From positions 28,007,673 to 28,071,672 of the forward strand of contig OZ037766.1 in assembly GCA_964035545.1 (NCBI GenBank): a stretch of 64,000 nt of DNA, written 5' to 3'. The stretch's first letter is position 1, and each line of letters begins with the position of its first letter. The stretch is from Bugula neritina (lineage: Eukaryota > Animalia > Bryozoa). A program made the translations under genes and the position numbers. This document shows positions 25,294-49,438 of this stretch, one piece after another. Under the pieces are notes generated by a model. The model was not told where the DNA came from. It saw nothing but the letters and a program-made list of their open reading frames with translations, and made no database searches.

Positions 25294-28200
25294 ATGAATA
25301 GTTTTAATGAGTTCTACAAATTTTTTATAACTTGCTGGGTATTTGAGCTTGCTTGCAATCAGAAGTAAGTAGGAAAATTCTTTTTGTCTTGACCTAAATT
25401 AGCCCAACCTATTTTATTTACCACAATTTTATTATATTGTTTTCTACTTATATATTAATAAGTTTTTAACTATTTCTAAAAATTAAAATGCAACTCCCTA
25501 AATTATTTCTCTATTATCTTTATTTTAGAAAAGCATTCTATTTTGTCTCCCAATTAAAAAAAATATTTTTAGCATAACATAATGAAAGATAATATTTGAA
25601 TACTTTTAACGACCTTTAAAAAATATAATGGTTCATAACTACTTTGGTATAAGAAATAAAGAAAAAGTCACTTTTACACATGCACAAGATACAAACCTCC
25701 ATATATATTTTTATCTATGCGAGTCAAAATGTCAGTTTTATAATTTGTGTATAATTGTGGCGGACCTGCTTTCTGTGTGATTGTTAGTGTGTGTGCAACT
25801 GTGCACATACGTGTGCGCACATACAAACACGCAAACACCTATAGGTGTTGGTGTGTTCGTATGTGTTTGTTGGTTTATACTTATTAAAAGATATATAGAA
25901 AAGGTGTTTTGTTTTGATGCTTATTTTTAGTGCTGCTGAAAGGCCACTTGCAGAGTTAACAACAGTTAAAATTGATGACATTACAATCAATGTCACAGTT
26001 AGGTTTAATCAACCATCAACATCCCAGTCAAATTATGACTCTGCTATTCTCACATGCTATAATGAAGCATCAGGGCATGAACTTGAATACAAGAAGTTGA
26101 AAAAAATAGTTTTGAGTCAAGAAACGTCGGTGAAGGTAACACACAGTAAATACATTATATAACTTGACTGTTATACCATGACCATTATAATATCATGGGA
26201 TTAAATAAGTATTTGGCCAATAAATGTTTTCATTAGTTTTTATTTTTTTAGCCATCGTAATATATAGAGTGAATAAACTATTTTGAACTATACAAAAATA
26301 AATTTCTATGTCGTAGGTTAAAAATAATTAATTTGTTTAATCTGTGAGTGCTTTGTGGTAACCTAAAATTTTGCTATACAACTTGAGCTATTGTGTAGCA
26401 AAGAACATGTAGCAAATTAACAGTTAGTTTTAACTTTAATTCAAATAAAAACATCATGCATTTTTTACCAATAATTGTTTATGTAGAGTAAAATCTCATA
26501 AAATTTTGCTGATAAGTATTTTGTATAGATCAGAAAATTATTTTATTTATGCAAAATACATTTAGCCTGCACTAAAACTTACAGATTTAACAGTGAAAGC
26601 ACCTATAGCCGGTGATAACTATGCCCATTTAATGAATAAATCCAAATTCTACCTTTTTAGTTAAACTAATTGCTAGTATAATATTCAAAAAATTCTACTT
26701 TGTGCCTGACTATACTCAATATTACTATTTGCTTTCTTTCTTTTGTAAAATGATGTTTAATGATATCAAAGGGCAACACATTTGAAAAAAATTTAAAAAA
26801 ATATTCTAGTGAATTTCTGTTAGACTCTTTCAAAAAAAAGTTTGAAAAAAAGTTTAGTGAGATGGTTTTTTAGACTAAATGAGTTTTATTTAAACCTAAT
26901 ACGACATAATAATATTATATACCTTAAAATAGTTATTGTTTGGTAATATTTAGGTAAGCTTTAAGCCATTAATTCCTAAGAAAACATATCTGTTTGTGCT
27001 TCATTTGGCATCAAGTACTGTAGCAGATGTAGAAGATGCGTATTTCAATGCTTCATTATTTCTAGGTGAGTATTTTCTAAAAATTACTTTTGTTTTTTAT
27101 GGTTGTCTGTCGAAAAAAATGTTTATATTTATTTCATCTGTGTTTATTTTATTTATGCATATTCAAGTGCATTTATAGTAGATGCAATACTAACAATCTT
27201 ATAAGCTATTTGATAGTTTTGAATAACATTATGAGCCAAAAAAAATACTTCTTCCACCAGCATATCAAATAGCTGCAACATCAGTTTCTACAAAATATTA
27301 ACAAGAAGTTGTTGTATTCTAGTTTGCACAGCCTGCATGCGTTTGTAAATATGCAATCTTGAAAACACTAAAAAAAAACTCACGCAAGTTTATAGTCGCT
27401 ATCCCTGTGAGAAACCCCTGCTAGAACGGGCTAAGGACTATTGTTTAAATGAGGCACAGGAGCAATTATGACTGGATGCTCTTCCTAACATTACCAATGG
27501 TCTTTGTCGGGGTTCGAACCCACAACTTCGTGTTCACAAAGCAAACGCTTTAACCCCTAGACCACGGCTGCTCCCTAACACTAAACACTAAAAGGCCAAC
27601 TTTAAAAAATTCTGTTTTTTAATTAATTATGGCTTTCTACTATAAAAGATTTAACATGCAGGTAACCTATATAGCTGTGATGTAATACTATAAAATATTT
27701 AACAGGTAACCTATATAACTATTATATGAAAAGCTGTCTTTTTAACAAATAATCAACTTTGTTTTTCTAGATTTTTTATAAAAAAAAATTAGAACATATA
27801 TATATTATATCAAAAGCTTAGTTTTTCACGTAATTTTAGCCCGTTTACAGAATGTAAGCAGTTTTTAAAACCGGGATGAAGTACTTTTTTTAAATAATCA
27901 AGTGTATATTATTAAACCTAGATGCTCCAAATGTTTTTATGTAAAAATACCTCTTCATTATGTTTATTCGACTTTGTATTTAAAAGTATGTATTTTAATG
28001 AAATATCTACTAAAAGTTTACAATGTAGGAAACTGCTAAGGAATAGTTGCTATAATGCATAATTAAAGTGAAATTCGAGCATTAAGTTATTATCAAATTT
28101 GGAATGTTTTTTTAAGAAGAGGCAGAGCTTGTAAATTACAGAGTTTTTGAGGAAGCTCATAATGTAGACATGCTAAAGTTGGAATACACAGTTAACCTCT

Positions 28201-31200
28201 ACTCTGAAGCAGAGGCTGTTATACTACATTGCTTCAAAGCTAATGGAGATCAAGCTCAATTGTCATTTACATATAGAGGTAAAGTATATGTGAATTAATA
28301 TGACTGCTTTATTATGTATTTTCAAGTTAATTAATAAAAAGGGTAATCTTATACAATGAGGTATTGAAATATTCTATTGTTGTTTTATGTAAACATTGTT
28401 AGATGAGACACCACATGTAAACCTTGTGGACAAAAGCCTGGTATTGTATAAGTTGGATGGAGGATCACCTGTGAGTGCTTTAGATGCACTTTTTAATGAA
28501 ATCCAGTGGTGGAAAGTTGATATGAAAAAGTCTTACTTGGTGTCTAGAATCGACATGCACTTTGACACTAAGTATACAGGTAATTGATAATAAGATATAG
28601 TTTTAAAATTTTAAAGTACAAAATAAAATCCTACACTTTTTAGATATATAGTTTATAGCTGATGATTGGTGACTTCGCCAGTTAGTACTGGCACTTCGTC
28701 GCCTCAGCATCTTTGGTGTGTCTTCCTCCACTTTAGTAAGTTTGGAGGACATCCACCACCACCAATTATCAAGACTCTGAGGCACCTCTACATGGTCACC
28801 GCTGGTAACTGGTTCTACCAGGCTAACGGCTCAAGGATCTATGGGAGCTACACCCAGACAGAAAAGACAAGCTTGTGACATCCTGCAAGGGCAGTTATTC
28901 CTTACACTCTGAACTATATCCGGCCAGTCACTGCAATTACTCAGAGTCAGAGCTTGTCTTGGATCATCCTTGCCAGCTCAATTGACACTGCATAATAGAG
29001 AGGGCTGCTTTGCCAACTCCCAAATCACACAGTAGCCTCACAAATTCTTGCCAGCACATGTTGTATCATGAAGTCACACAAGAAAGAACACTCATACTGG
29101 CCGTACGTCATTCAGAATAAAAAAGTCCAACTTCATATTAAACCTAACCTGGCCTCATGGAACATCAGAACGGTGCTAGACTGTTCATACGCTAAATGAT
29201 CAGAAAAAAGAAGCGCCATTATATCGAAGGTGTTGTCAAACTACCAAATAGACATTGCTAGACTGAGTGAAGTATGATTTGCTGAGAAAGGCTGTATACG
29301 TGAGGAGAGTGGATATACTATCTACTGAAGTGGGAAACCATTATCAGAAAAGAGCAAATCAGGTGTAGGACTAGCCATCGGTAACAACATCACATCAAAA
29401 CTTTGCAAGGATCCTAAACCTGTGAATGACAGAATTATTACAATGAGACTGCCACTGAATCATGACCGTTACTGTACCATTGTAACAATCTATGCCTCAA
29501 AAATGATCATTACGCTTGGAAATATTGATGGCTTTTATGACCAGCTCAACCAGACACTGAGGGATATCCATATATCTGACAAAATCATCCTTATGGGTGA
29601 TTTTATTGATCGCGTAAGTGACGACTTTTCTACCTGGAAAAATGTCATAGGAATGCACGGCTCTGGAAAAATCAATGCTAATGGTGAGCGTCCCCTGAAC
29701 CTTTGCAGCCAATTTTAACTCGCAATCACCAACACCTTTTTCAAACATAAGCCAGCCCACAAGAACTCATGGATGCACCCCCGATCTAAGCATTAGCACC
29801 TGATTGACTCTGTCATCACTCGTCAACGTGATCTGATCAAGGACATACACGGCATTGGAGCAATGCGTGGGGCAGACTGCAACACAGACCATATCATGAT
29901 AAAATCATGCATTAGCCTCATCTTCAAAAGAGAAATGAAGAAGTCCAAACAACCAAGTAAAAAGCTCAACGTTGTCAAATTGACAGATAAGGAAATACTT
30001 GATGACTTGAAAACAGCACTAAGTGAGAAACTGAACTTTAGAGCAACTGGAACACTAGATGACGCATCCAAAACCTTCAATAACACAGTTTATGAAATAT
30101 CGAAGAAGAAGCGCGGCACTGTTGGCAGAAAAAACAAGGACTGGTTTGATGAACACTCCATATAACTAAAAGACTTATTAAGTGAGAGGAACCTAGCTTA
30201 TTCCGCTGTCATGAACCGATCGACCAGGAAGACCAAAAGAAGGTACAAGGAATGTAACAAAGCACTTCAAAAGAAATGCCGTGAACTAAAGAACAAATGG
30301 TGGCAAGACAAAGCAGCTGAACTGCAGTAACTGATTAACCAAAATGACATGGGAGGCTTCTACAAGAACCTGAGGGCAATCTGGGGTCCACATGTAAACC
30401 ACCCAGACCAACTGTTTGACAAGGACAGCCACACCTTCCTCACACAGAGAGACGATTTATGCAGAGATATACAGAGCACTCCAGAACACTCCTAAACAAA
30501 ACAGAAAATGGGGACCCTGACATCACCAGTCACATACACCAGCAGTCAGCCCAAGAATGAATGAATGAATGGCTTAATGTCACAGTTCTGAGAGCTGTAA
30601 ACGCACTCTCTGACAGGAAGTCTCCAGGAATTGATGGCATTCATCCTGAGCTGTTGAAGAAAGGTGGAGCAGAGTTTATACTGAGGCTTACTGAACTCAT
30701 CACAGAGTCATGGAGAAACAAAGAGGTACCACAAGATGGGAAAGATTCACAGCCAGTCACGATCTTCAAGATAGGAAACAGGCGTGTTTGCGGAAATTGC
30801 CGTAGCATCTCACTACTCTCTATCCCAGGGAAGGTATTTGCCTGTATATTACTCAATAGACTCCCGCAGCACATAGAAAAGTTTCTTCCAGAAGCTCAGC
30901 ACGGTTTTCAGGCAAGCAGAGGCGCCTCGGACATAATATTCTTACTAAAACAGATCCAGGAAAAATGCATAGAAAAGAATATGCCTCTGTACATGATCTT
31001 TGTTTATTTCACCAAGGCATTCGACACAGTAAACCGAAGGACATTGTGGATTATTCTAAAAAAACTTGGCTGCCCAGATCAGTTCACTAATCTGATTGCA
31101 GCTCTACATACAGAAGGAAAAACCTCTGTCAACCTAAAAAAAAGATCTCTCAGCACCATGCGAGATCACATACAGTGTAAAACAAGGCTGCGTGCTGGTT

Positions 31201-34200
31201 TCGACCCTGTTCTCTATCTATCTCACTATGGTTGTGAACCATCCTTTTAATGGCTATGATAAGAGTGTATGGATTCAATAAAAATCTGGCCTTGACTTGT
31301 TCAATGTCAATCAGTTCAAATCTTTCATCAGAACAAAAAAGGTACTCATCAGAGAACTCATGTTTGCTGACGACTCTGCCTTTGTTGCCCACTACCATCA
31401 GCAGGGTCAGGAAATCATCACCCGTTTTGCAAAATCTGCCAAATACTTTGGACTAAAGATAAATATAACCAAAACAAAGATGATGTATTAACCACCACCA
31501 GGAAAACATGATGAGGGAGAAAAGATCAGTATAAATTGAGAAATCTGCAACACAGTCAAGAGGTTGAAATACCTTGGCTCAACTATCATGAACAACAACA
31601 AACTTGATCAAGAACCCCAATTGAGAATGTCAAAAACGTCACAAACTTTTGGAAGGCTACGAAAAAAGGTTTGGGATAACGGAGACTTGACAACCAACAC
31701 AAAATGTGCAGTCTACCAAGCCATTGTTCTATCTACACGCTGCTATATGGAGTGGAGTCATGGACAGTCTATAAGATCATGGCATACAACTTGAATGCCT
31801 TTTTTATTAATCAACTAAGACTGATATTGTCAGTGAAATGATGGCACTTTATATCTAATATGAGGATCCTTCAGAAAACTAACATTGCCAGTCTATATGA
31901 CACCCTCATCCAAAGAAATCTAAGATGAGCTCGACAAATCAACAAATTAGATAACACCAGGATTCCAAAACAGGTTCTATACTCACAGCTAACAGAAGGC
32001 TCCACTGACATTGGCAAACCGAGGCTTTATTACAAAGATACCATTAAACGCAACCTCACGGACAAAGAGATATCTCTAATTAAATGGCAAATGTTGTCAT
32101 TTGACGGACCCAGATGGAGACTAATAATACACCAGAAGTCATAGTCGGACACGACAGACAGCAAGGAGGAGGAGTTTATAGCTGAGTGTTATAAAATTGA
32201 TTAAAAGTAGTGCAATATAGTTAGCTTTTTAATACACAAAAAATGAATTCTAAAAAAAATTGTTTTACTTAAATTCAACACACGCAAATAGACAGAAAAC
32301 CACCTACAATAATTCATGTTCATTCAATAGCATATACCACTTATACAATTGGTTGTAACTTGCCTATAACATATATATGTCTAAACTCTAAAGAAACTCA
32401 CAATAAACATGCGTGTTGAAAGTTATACACAAACAGTAATTATATGTTCTGAGTTGAGCAATTTCCTAAAAATGTCAGAGTTTTCTTTCATATTTAGGTA
32501 AAAAAAAGTGGAAATATGACATTACAAGCTCACTTTTGAATGCTCCAAGTTCCCCTTGTTTAAACAATAGAGTTTCATGGCCTTATAGACGCCATCGAAA
32601 AATAATAACTGCAAATGTGACGGCACTCTTTCATCCTACTTTCAAGGCTCGGCACGTTGCAATCTGCTTTTCTGCAGTTCATAAAGCGGTTTCTGTACCA
32701 GAAGTGTCAATATATAGTTATGGTAAGGCAATATAATATATATACATACATATGTTTGTGTATGTGTGTGTATGTGTATGTGTGCGCACGCACGCTAATT
32801 CAATTGATAATTGTTTTCTAGCCTATTAAACGAGCAGCATATTGGGTTCTTTCGATTAAGGGAGCAGCCGTGGTCTAGGGGTTAAAGCGTTTGCTTTGTG
32901 AACACGAAGTTGTGGGTTCGAACCCCGACAAAGGCCATTGGTGATGTTAGGAAGAGCATCCAGTCATAATTGCTCCTGTGCCTCATTTAAACAAGTCCTT
33001 AGCCCATTCTAGCAAAAACCCTTTCCATCAGGGGTTTCTCACAGGGATAGCGACTATAAACTTGCGTGATTTTTTTTTATATTGGGTTCTTTTGATTGAA
33101 ACAAAATTAAAAAGAAAAAATGTCAAAGATACTTGTATATATTTGACAAATACAGAAAATGTCCTCTCAGCTAAACTCAATAAAGCTAATGAATCAATTC
33201 CAAGTGGAGTAGAGCTGAAGTGTTCGACCAGAATAGCTGGTGAAGAGGTGAAAAATCAACCTACATATGTGAACATAATTACATGTAAGCAATTTGCTTG
33301 ACTATACTTTAAAAATGCTTGATAAAATTTAAAGTATTCGAAGTGTTATAATACATGCAAATGAAATATTATATTTTAAGTATTCAAAGTACTATGATAC
33401 ATGCAATTAGTTAAATTATATATTCATAGGAAAAATTGTTAATCATGCTTAATATGAAGTTTACTATAAACCTCATATAATTTACATAAACTTTCATTAC
33501 ATATATACTGCATATCATATCATATCATTTGTATTCCTAAATGTAGCTCCTTTAACTCCAAAGTTAGATTCACATCAGCTGCAGTACAAGGCAGAACAAG
33601 AACCTTATTTACAACTGAATATTATGTCATCGGAGCTGAATAATTATGATACTTTGCAAATTGACTTCACTACGGTACAGAAACCTTTAATTAAAAAGTC
33701 TTTTAATGTGGCACCAATAAACAATCAGATAAAGGTTAGTCTATAGCTATAGTGAAAAATTTATTTTTATAAATTAAAATGTACAAGTATGTTGTTACTA
33801 TCCCTGTGAGAACTCCTGATGGAGTGAGCTTTTCTGAAAGTCGGCTAGAGTAACTTTTTATTTATATGCTGAACAATAGCTGTTTCTGACTAAATTTTTT
33901 TTCTTATAAACATCACCATGCAATTGTTTTTATTGAGGTTCAAATCTATGACTCCCCGTTTACTATAATGAGCAAACACCATAACTCCAAGATTATGGCT
34001 GCCTCTTAAAAAAGTTTGCATGATAATATGAATAGATTGATAACAGTCAATATATGCACTGATTATTATTTAACATGTCCTGACTTGGCTAGCAGCAGCA
34101 TAATTATAAAAACAGCAAATTAATTAAAAAGATGCGAATTTTATTAAACTTCTATAATTATTTTATATTTTTATAACGATGTTTAGATCTACAACATAAC

Positions 34201-36709
34201 TTTTGGCAAAGAACACTTGTGTGAAACTCAAGCAGCTGTAACAATAAACAATATTCAGAGAGTAGGAAAGCTTCACCATTTTGACATATTAACTCGTAAG
34301 TTGAATACCATTGAAAAATTTACATCTCTCTATGAGCTTTAGTACGTATTGTTATAACAGTTATAACAGTTTAAATATATACCAAAAATATATGTTATAA
34401 ATATCAGTGATTTGAAAATGAATTAAACAACATCTTTAACTGGAAAAAAATAGGATTTTTTAAAACCAATTTGAAAATGTGTTTATTTTTCAGTATTTTT
34501 TTCTGGTACCTGACTATAGCAATGGTAAATTATGTGGCTTTTAATATATTAATAACTCTCTAAAAGTTACATTGATTTATATATATGTGTAAATATTTAT
34601 TTTACAATGTCGTCATGTAGCGTCAAACTGCATTTCAATGCAAGAGATTTAATCAAGCACTTTTATAAAAGGTGAATTTATTGAAATGCATGTATAGTTT
34701 GAGATCATTTTTGCTGCCTTGGTAATTAGCTAATTTTTATACAAAGATTCTTATAAAGATGAAATTTGAGATTTTTTTTCATCAATCTATCTTATAAAAT
34801 CTAAATTCTAATACAACTAACATAAGCTGGAAATCCTTAGTCAGTGAGAGCTATAATATGTGTTCCTGTAGTATATGTTATATGTCTATTCATGATCAAA
34901 TGCATTTTTCAGCTCCCTTACCACCAGATAGCGTCGAACTAAATGTACTGAGCGATTCTGCAATAATGGTTTGGAAACTTTTTCCAGTTCATATGAGCCA
35001 TGTTGATTCAATACATCTAGAGTTGTCTTCCTTGGACCTTCCCACATTTAGTGAAGTAAGCAAAATATGGTCCTTTCTACAAAAACTGGATATAGTGACA
35101 GCAGAATGTTTCTTTGTTGTGAGGGTTTATGCCTAACCTATATTATATATAATTTTTTGAAGCAATTACATTTATGCCTTGTTTCTGTGAATTATTACAC
35201 TGCCTGCCTATACAGAAATTTGGTTTTTTCTCTACAGATAGTTTATGTTTTCAGTCTGTAGATATATTTAAAAATAGCTACATATTTACTGGAATTGAGC
35301 AGAACCGGGAGTATGAATTCTCAATATGGACTTTCTCTGAAGAAACCAAGTTGTCATCACCAAAACGCACATTCGTAAAAAGTTTCATACAAGAAAAAGA
35401 AGAAGGTAATATACTTTCAGTAACAGTTTTAGACTTAGAAATATTTTTAGTTATATAATGAAAAAATAATTGTTTAATTAATTTTAAAATTTCAAGTTAT
35501 TTAATCTTCACTTAATGCTATATGTATAACACGAGAAATAACTGGCAACAACATGTTATACTGAATTATACTTACAGCTAAAGTTTCTGGCAGCGTTGTG
35601 GTACTGAACACAATGATCATTTTGATAGTCTGCTTTACAGGCATAATAATGGCTAGCTGGTAAGTGTGGTTTATCTTTTCATAACTTCAACAGTGATGAT
35701 ACTATTTTTTGTCATATGAATTGTGTCGTAATCTAGAAAGATTCTTTTGAGAAAGTAACTTTTAATATCCATTAAGAGTGTTTGTTTGACAAAACCTTTT
35801 AGTTTAAACTATTAATTTTTCTTGTTATAGTTAAGATATAGAATAGCATCTTATTGCTATGCTGATTTCAACATTTTTCATCAAATACTGTTTTCATTAT
35901 ATTTATATTAATTTAGAGCCACTTTAGTGTATGGATCCCATACAATGAGCACACACTAACTATATAGCAAATATATTTCATGAATTTATGAGTTTATACA
36001 TTTTCTAAAGCACCATATGTCATTTGAATTTAGGTAAATCAAGTTCAGATTATGATTTAACAAAAAACAACGCTTTAGCACTGTAAATAAAAATAATTTG
36101 ATGTGTGTTTTTAAATTAAAGCTTTAAATAATCAATTAGAGACATATACAATAATACCTAAGTCATAAATTAATTATAATGATAACAATAATTATAAGTA
36201 ATTCTAATTATTTTAAACTATAAATAGGAAAAAAATTTCTCAGGTCAACATCAATGACCATGAAAAAGTATAATATGTTTTATGTTTTTATGCCAACATT
36301 ACACTAAAACATTTTTAACTTTCTTTATTAAATTTAGCAACAATTAATAGTAAATTATAATTTAGTGTAACATATATGTATATATAGCTGTACAATATAT
36401 CCAGAATTTGATGAAAAATTATTAACTTATGATTGTTCAGTAAGTATTGCTAAATTATGCTGCATGCTATTTTTGGAAAGTTATAGCAAATATACAGATA
36501 TTGTTTCACTAGGAAAAATGAAAAATGAAAATGCCATAGAGCTTTCACAGTGGCATATTATTGTTTGAATCTTTGACATCTTAATAGCTAGAAAATTGTA
36601 GATGGTTTTACATCATCATATAATAATATAAAAAGTTGTTAGCTTAATTTATTTCTGTTTTAGTATTTACATTTACAAGAAGAAGAAGTTTGTTGCAGCT
36701 ATGTTTTGA
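25294..36709 (+). CDS. FN3 receptor A: signal peptide, FN3, FN3-like with nested F5/8 / F-type-lectin-like domain, 2 FN3, TM, very short tail. Exons 25294-25364, 25931-26135, 26954-27065, 28117-28278, 28403-28579, 32498-32722, 33156-33284, 33547-33734, 34187-34295, 34913-35055, 35255-35405, 35578-35659, 36664-36709
   Basis: Exon-by-exon homology with receptor B; exons 1, 5, 6 and 7 have identical lengths (71/177/225/129 nt). FN3 motifs PLIPKKTYLF, PLPP..VW, TGIEQNREYEFSIWT. Lectin-fold motifs WWKVDM..Y.VSRI and P..ARHVAI..EVSIY. TM VVVLNTMIILIVCFTGIIMA. Confidence 0.85.
27371..27575 (-). mobile_element. tRNA-derived SINE copy, receptor A intron 3
   Basis: Near-identical reverse complement of 32860-33078. 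aaacacta direct repeats flank it. Confidence 0.9.
28663..32172 (+). mobile_element. RTE-clade-like non-LTR retrotransposon (APE endonuclease + reverse transcriptase), near full length, inactivated by stops and frameshifts; in intron 5 of receptor A
   Basis: Endonuclease motifs LASWNIRT, GVGLAI, IILMGDF, TDH. RT motifs KSPGIDGI, ISLLSIPGK, QHGF, KAFDTV, ELMFADD, KYLGS. 13-bp TSD agtttatagctga at 28650-28662 and 32173-32185. 3' end is short (AGG)n. Single-ORF layout of ~3.5 kb. Confidence 0.95.
32860..33078 (+). mobile_element. tRNA-derived SINE, best-preserved copy, receptor A intron 6
   Basis: Pol III A box tggtctagggg and B box ggttcgaaccc, T-rich 3' end, ~19-bp TSD atattgggttcttt(c/t)gatt at 32839 and 33079. 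Confidence 0.92.
33790..34005 (-). mobile_element. tRNA-derived SINE copy, strongly decayed
   Basis: ctatccctgtgagaactcctgatgga...aacatcacca...ggttcaaatc...ggctgc match the family. Confidence 0.7.
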
Positions 36710-37326
36710 ATTTGAGTGCAGCTGCACTTAATGATCACACCTGAAAATTGATGGATCAGCAAAGTTACATCTGAACACTACCAAAAAATTGAAGCTGCGT
36801 TCAAAGAATACTGATTGATAAAAATCACACCTTCAAAGTGTTAATTAAATAAATAAATAAAGTATTATAGTTATTTCTTGATAAAAACAAAAATTATTAA
36901 CAAAGTTAAAGAATTTTAACTATTTTTAGAAAATTAAATTGGCTTGTATTAAAACCTGCAGCTCAGAATGTATGATAGTTAGAATGTAATCAGTCAATAT
37001 ATAATACACATCTATAAAAGCAATCTATTGTAGTGAAACTATACGGTATAAAAGCACACACATTGTACAAATATTTATATTTAAAAAAAAAAGAGCAAAC
37101 TTATAAGTAATCCATTTCATGATTTGAAATATTCAAACTCAATATATTTCTAACTTTGCAAAAAGAATTTTATATATGCATAATGTTTGTTCAAAATTGC
37201 TGTTTTTACAACTAAAAACTAATATTTTTGAAAACTAATTCAATCAACAATAAACTGCTAGTGGCAAACTTATATTTAAATGCCGGTTGCCAAACTTTTG
37301 ATACGTTTTGGAAAAGGTTTTTAAGC

Positions 37327-37509
37327 ATACACACATGCACCCGCACATACCGAGACATACACTGCACTTACACATACACATGATACACATACACATGCAC
37401 ATGAACATGTACATGTACATGCACATGCACATACGCATACACATATACACATACACATACACATATATGCACACACACTCACACACACACGCACACGCAC
37501 ACACACACC
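37327..37509. repeat. Degenerate (CA)/(CATA)/(CACATG) microsatellite
   Basis: Directly visible; source of spurious His/Thr and Cys/Val ORFs. Confidence 0.95.
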
Positions 37510-37751
37510 AATGAGCATATTATATCAACACACTAACAACTGAGAAAGGCAGATTCATCACTCATTTAATTAGTGTAACATTCTATAAAAAAAACTACGC
37601 ATGTTATCAATTTATGGCATTTCATTTAATCACAAAATATTTGCATTGGTCACAACAATATCAATAGATTATCAAAATTATTTATTAAACAGCCATCATT
37701 CTAGGAATACCTGAATAAACGTTATATAAAAATAATTTATATTAAAATATT

Positions 37752-48671
<10,920 letters not shown>

Positions 48672-49366
48672 GTTCTTGAATAATATTGCTCTGCGGGTGG
48701 CATGCGTGTTGCCTACTTGCAATTGTTTAGCCTAAGATCAAACTACAACCAATAAGCAGCAACCTTCATTAGGGCTGCGCTATCTATCAACATTCCATTA
48801 TAGGCGCTACATAAACAAACTACAAAGCAAGCTATTCATTATAGCCTGCCAGCTAGCAAGCCTGTAATTAGCATGTACGCGCCAATATCTTCTCATCCCT
48901 ACGTGCTCATTGAAGCGTGAAGTGCTGCGCACTGCTAATTATCTGCGAAAAAATATAGCATTTTCAGTGTATAAATCACCAATTTATGGGCAATCTAGAA
49001 GAGTTATTGGAAAAAGAAAAAAACTTACACTGGAGAAATATCTCAGGATTCCAGCAGTGCAATTTTTATTCAGATATCATGCTTTGCTGCTGAGATATTT
49101 TACTGGTACTGAAAAGTCAGCTTTTTAGGCAAAATTGGCCAAAATTGGGAAGTTTTTTGTCTACAACTTTGCAAAAAAAATGAAAATTGAAATTTCCAAA
49201 AAACTTACACTGGAGAAAAATAAGATTTACAACATAGTTTTTAAATTTTGACTCTAGCACAATTAGGTGAGATTTTATTTTACTGGTACTGAATTCTTAT
49301 ATGATTACAATGCAAACCTCAGCAAGGCAGTTGCAGCTAAAAGGTTGCCCTTAACTATCCTGTGCA

Positions 49367-49438
49367 ACTATTGAACTTCAAAATCGAGTAAATGCACGTT
49401 ATAAGCAAGAGCAACTATACGGATATTATTATTCATAA
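49367..49438 (+). pseudogene. Displaced original C-terminus of receptor B (TIELQNRVNARYKQEQLYGYYYS*)
   Basis: Removing the MITE and one TSD copy restores the frame from ...REKLA. The ending resembles QHYPLYYYS of receptor C. Confidence 0.85.

Noticed and set aside
32860-32935. Possible tRNA gene
   Set aside because: A and B boxes are present but there is no complete cloverleaf; it is the head of a multi-copy SINE with TSDs.
48910-49128. ORF shared with 61005-61301, suggesting a duplicated small gene
   Set aside because: Both lie inside the two MITE copies, differ in start and stop, and have no transposase motifs.
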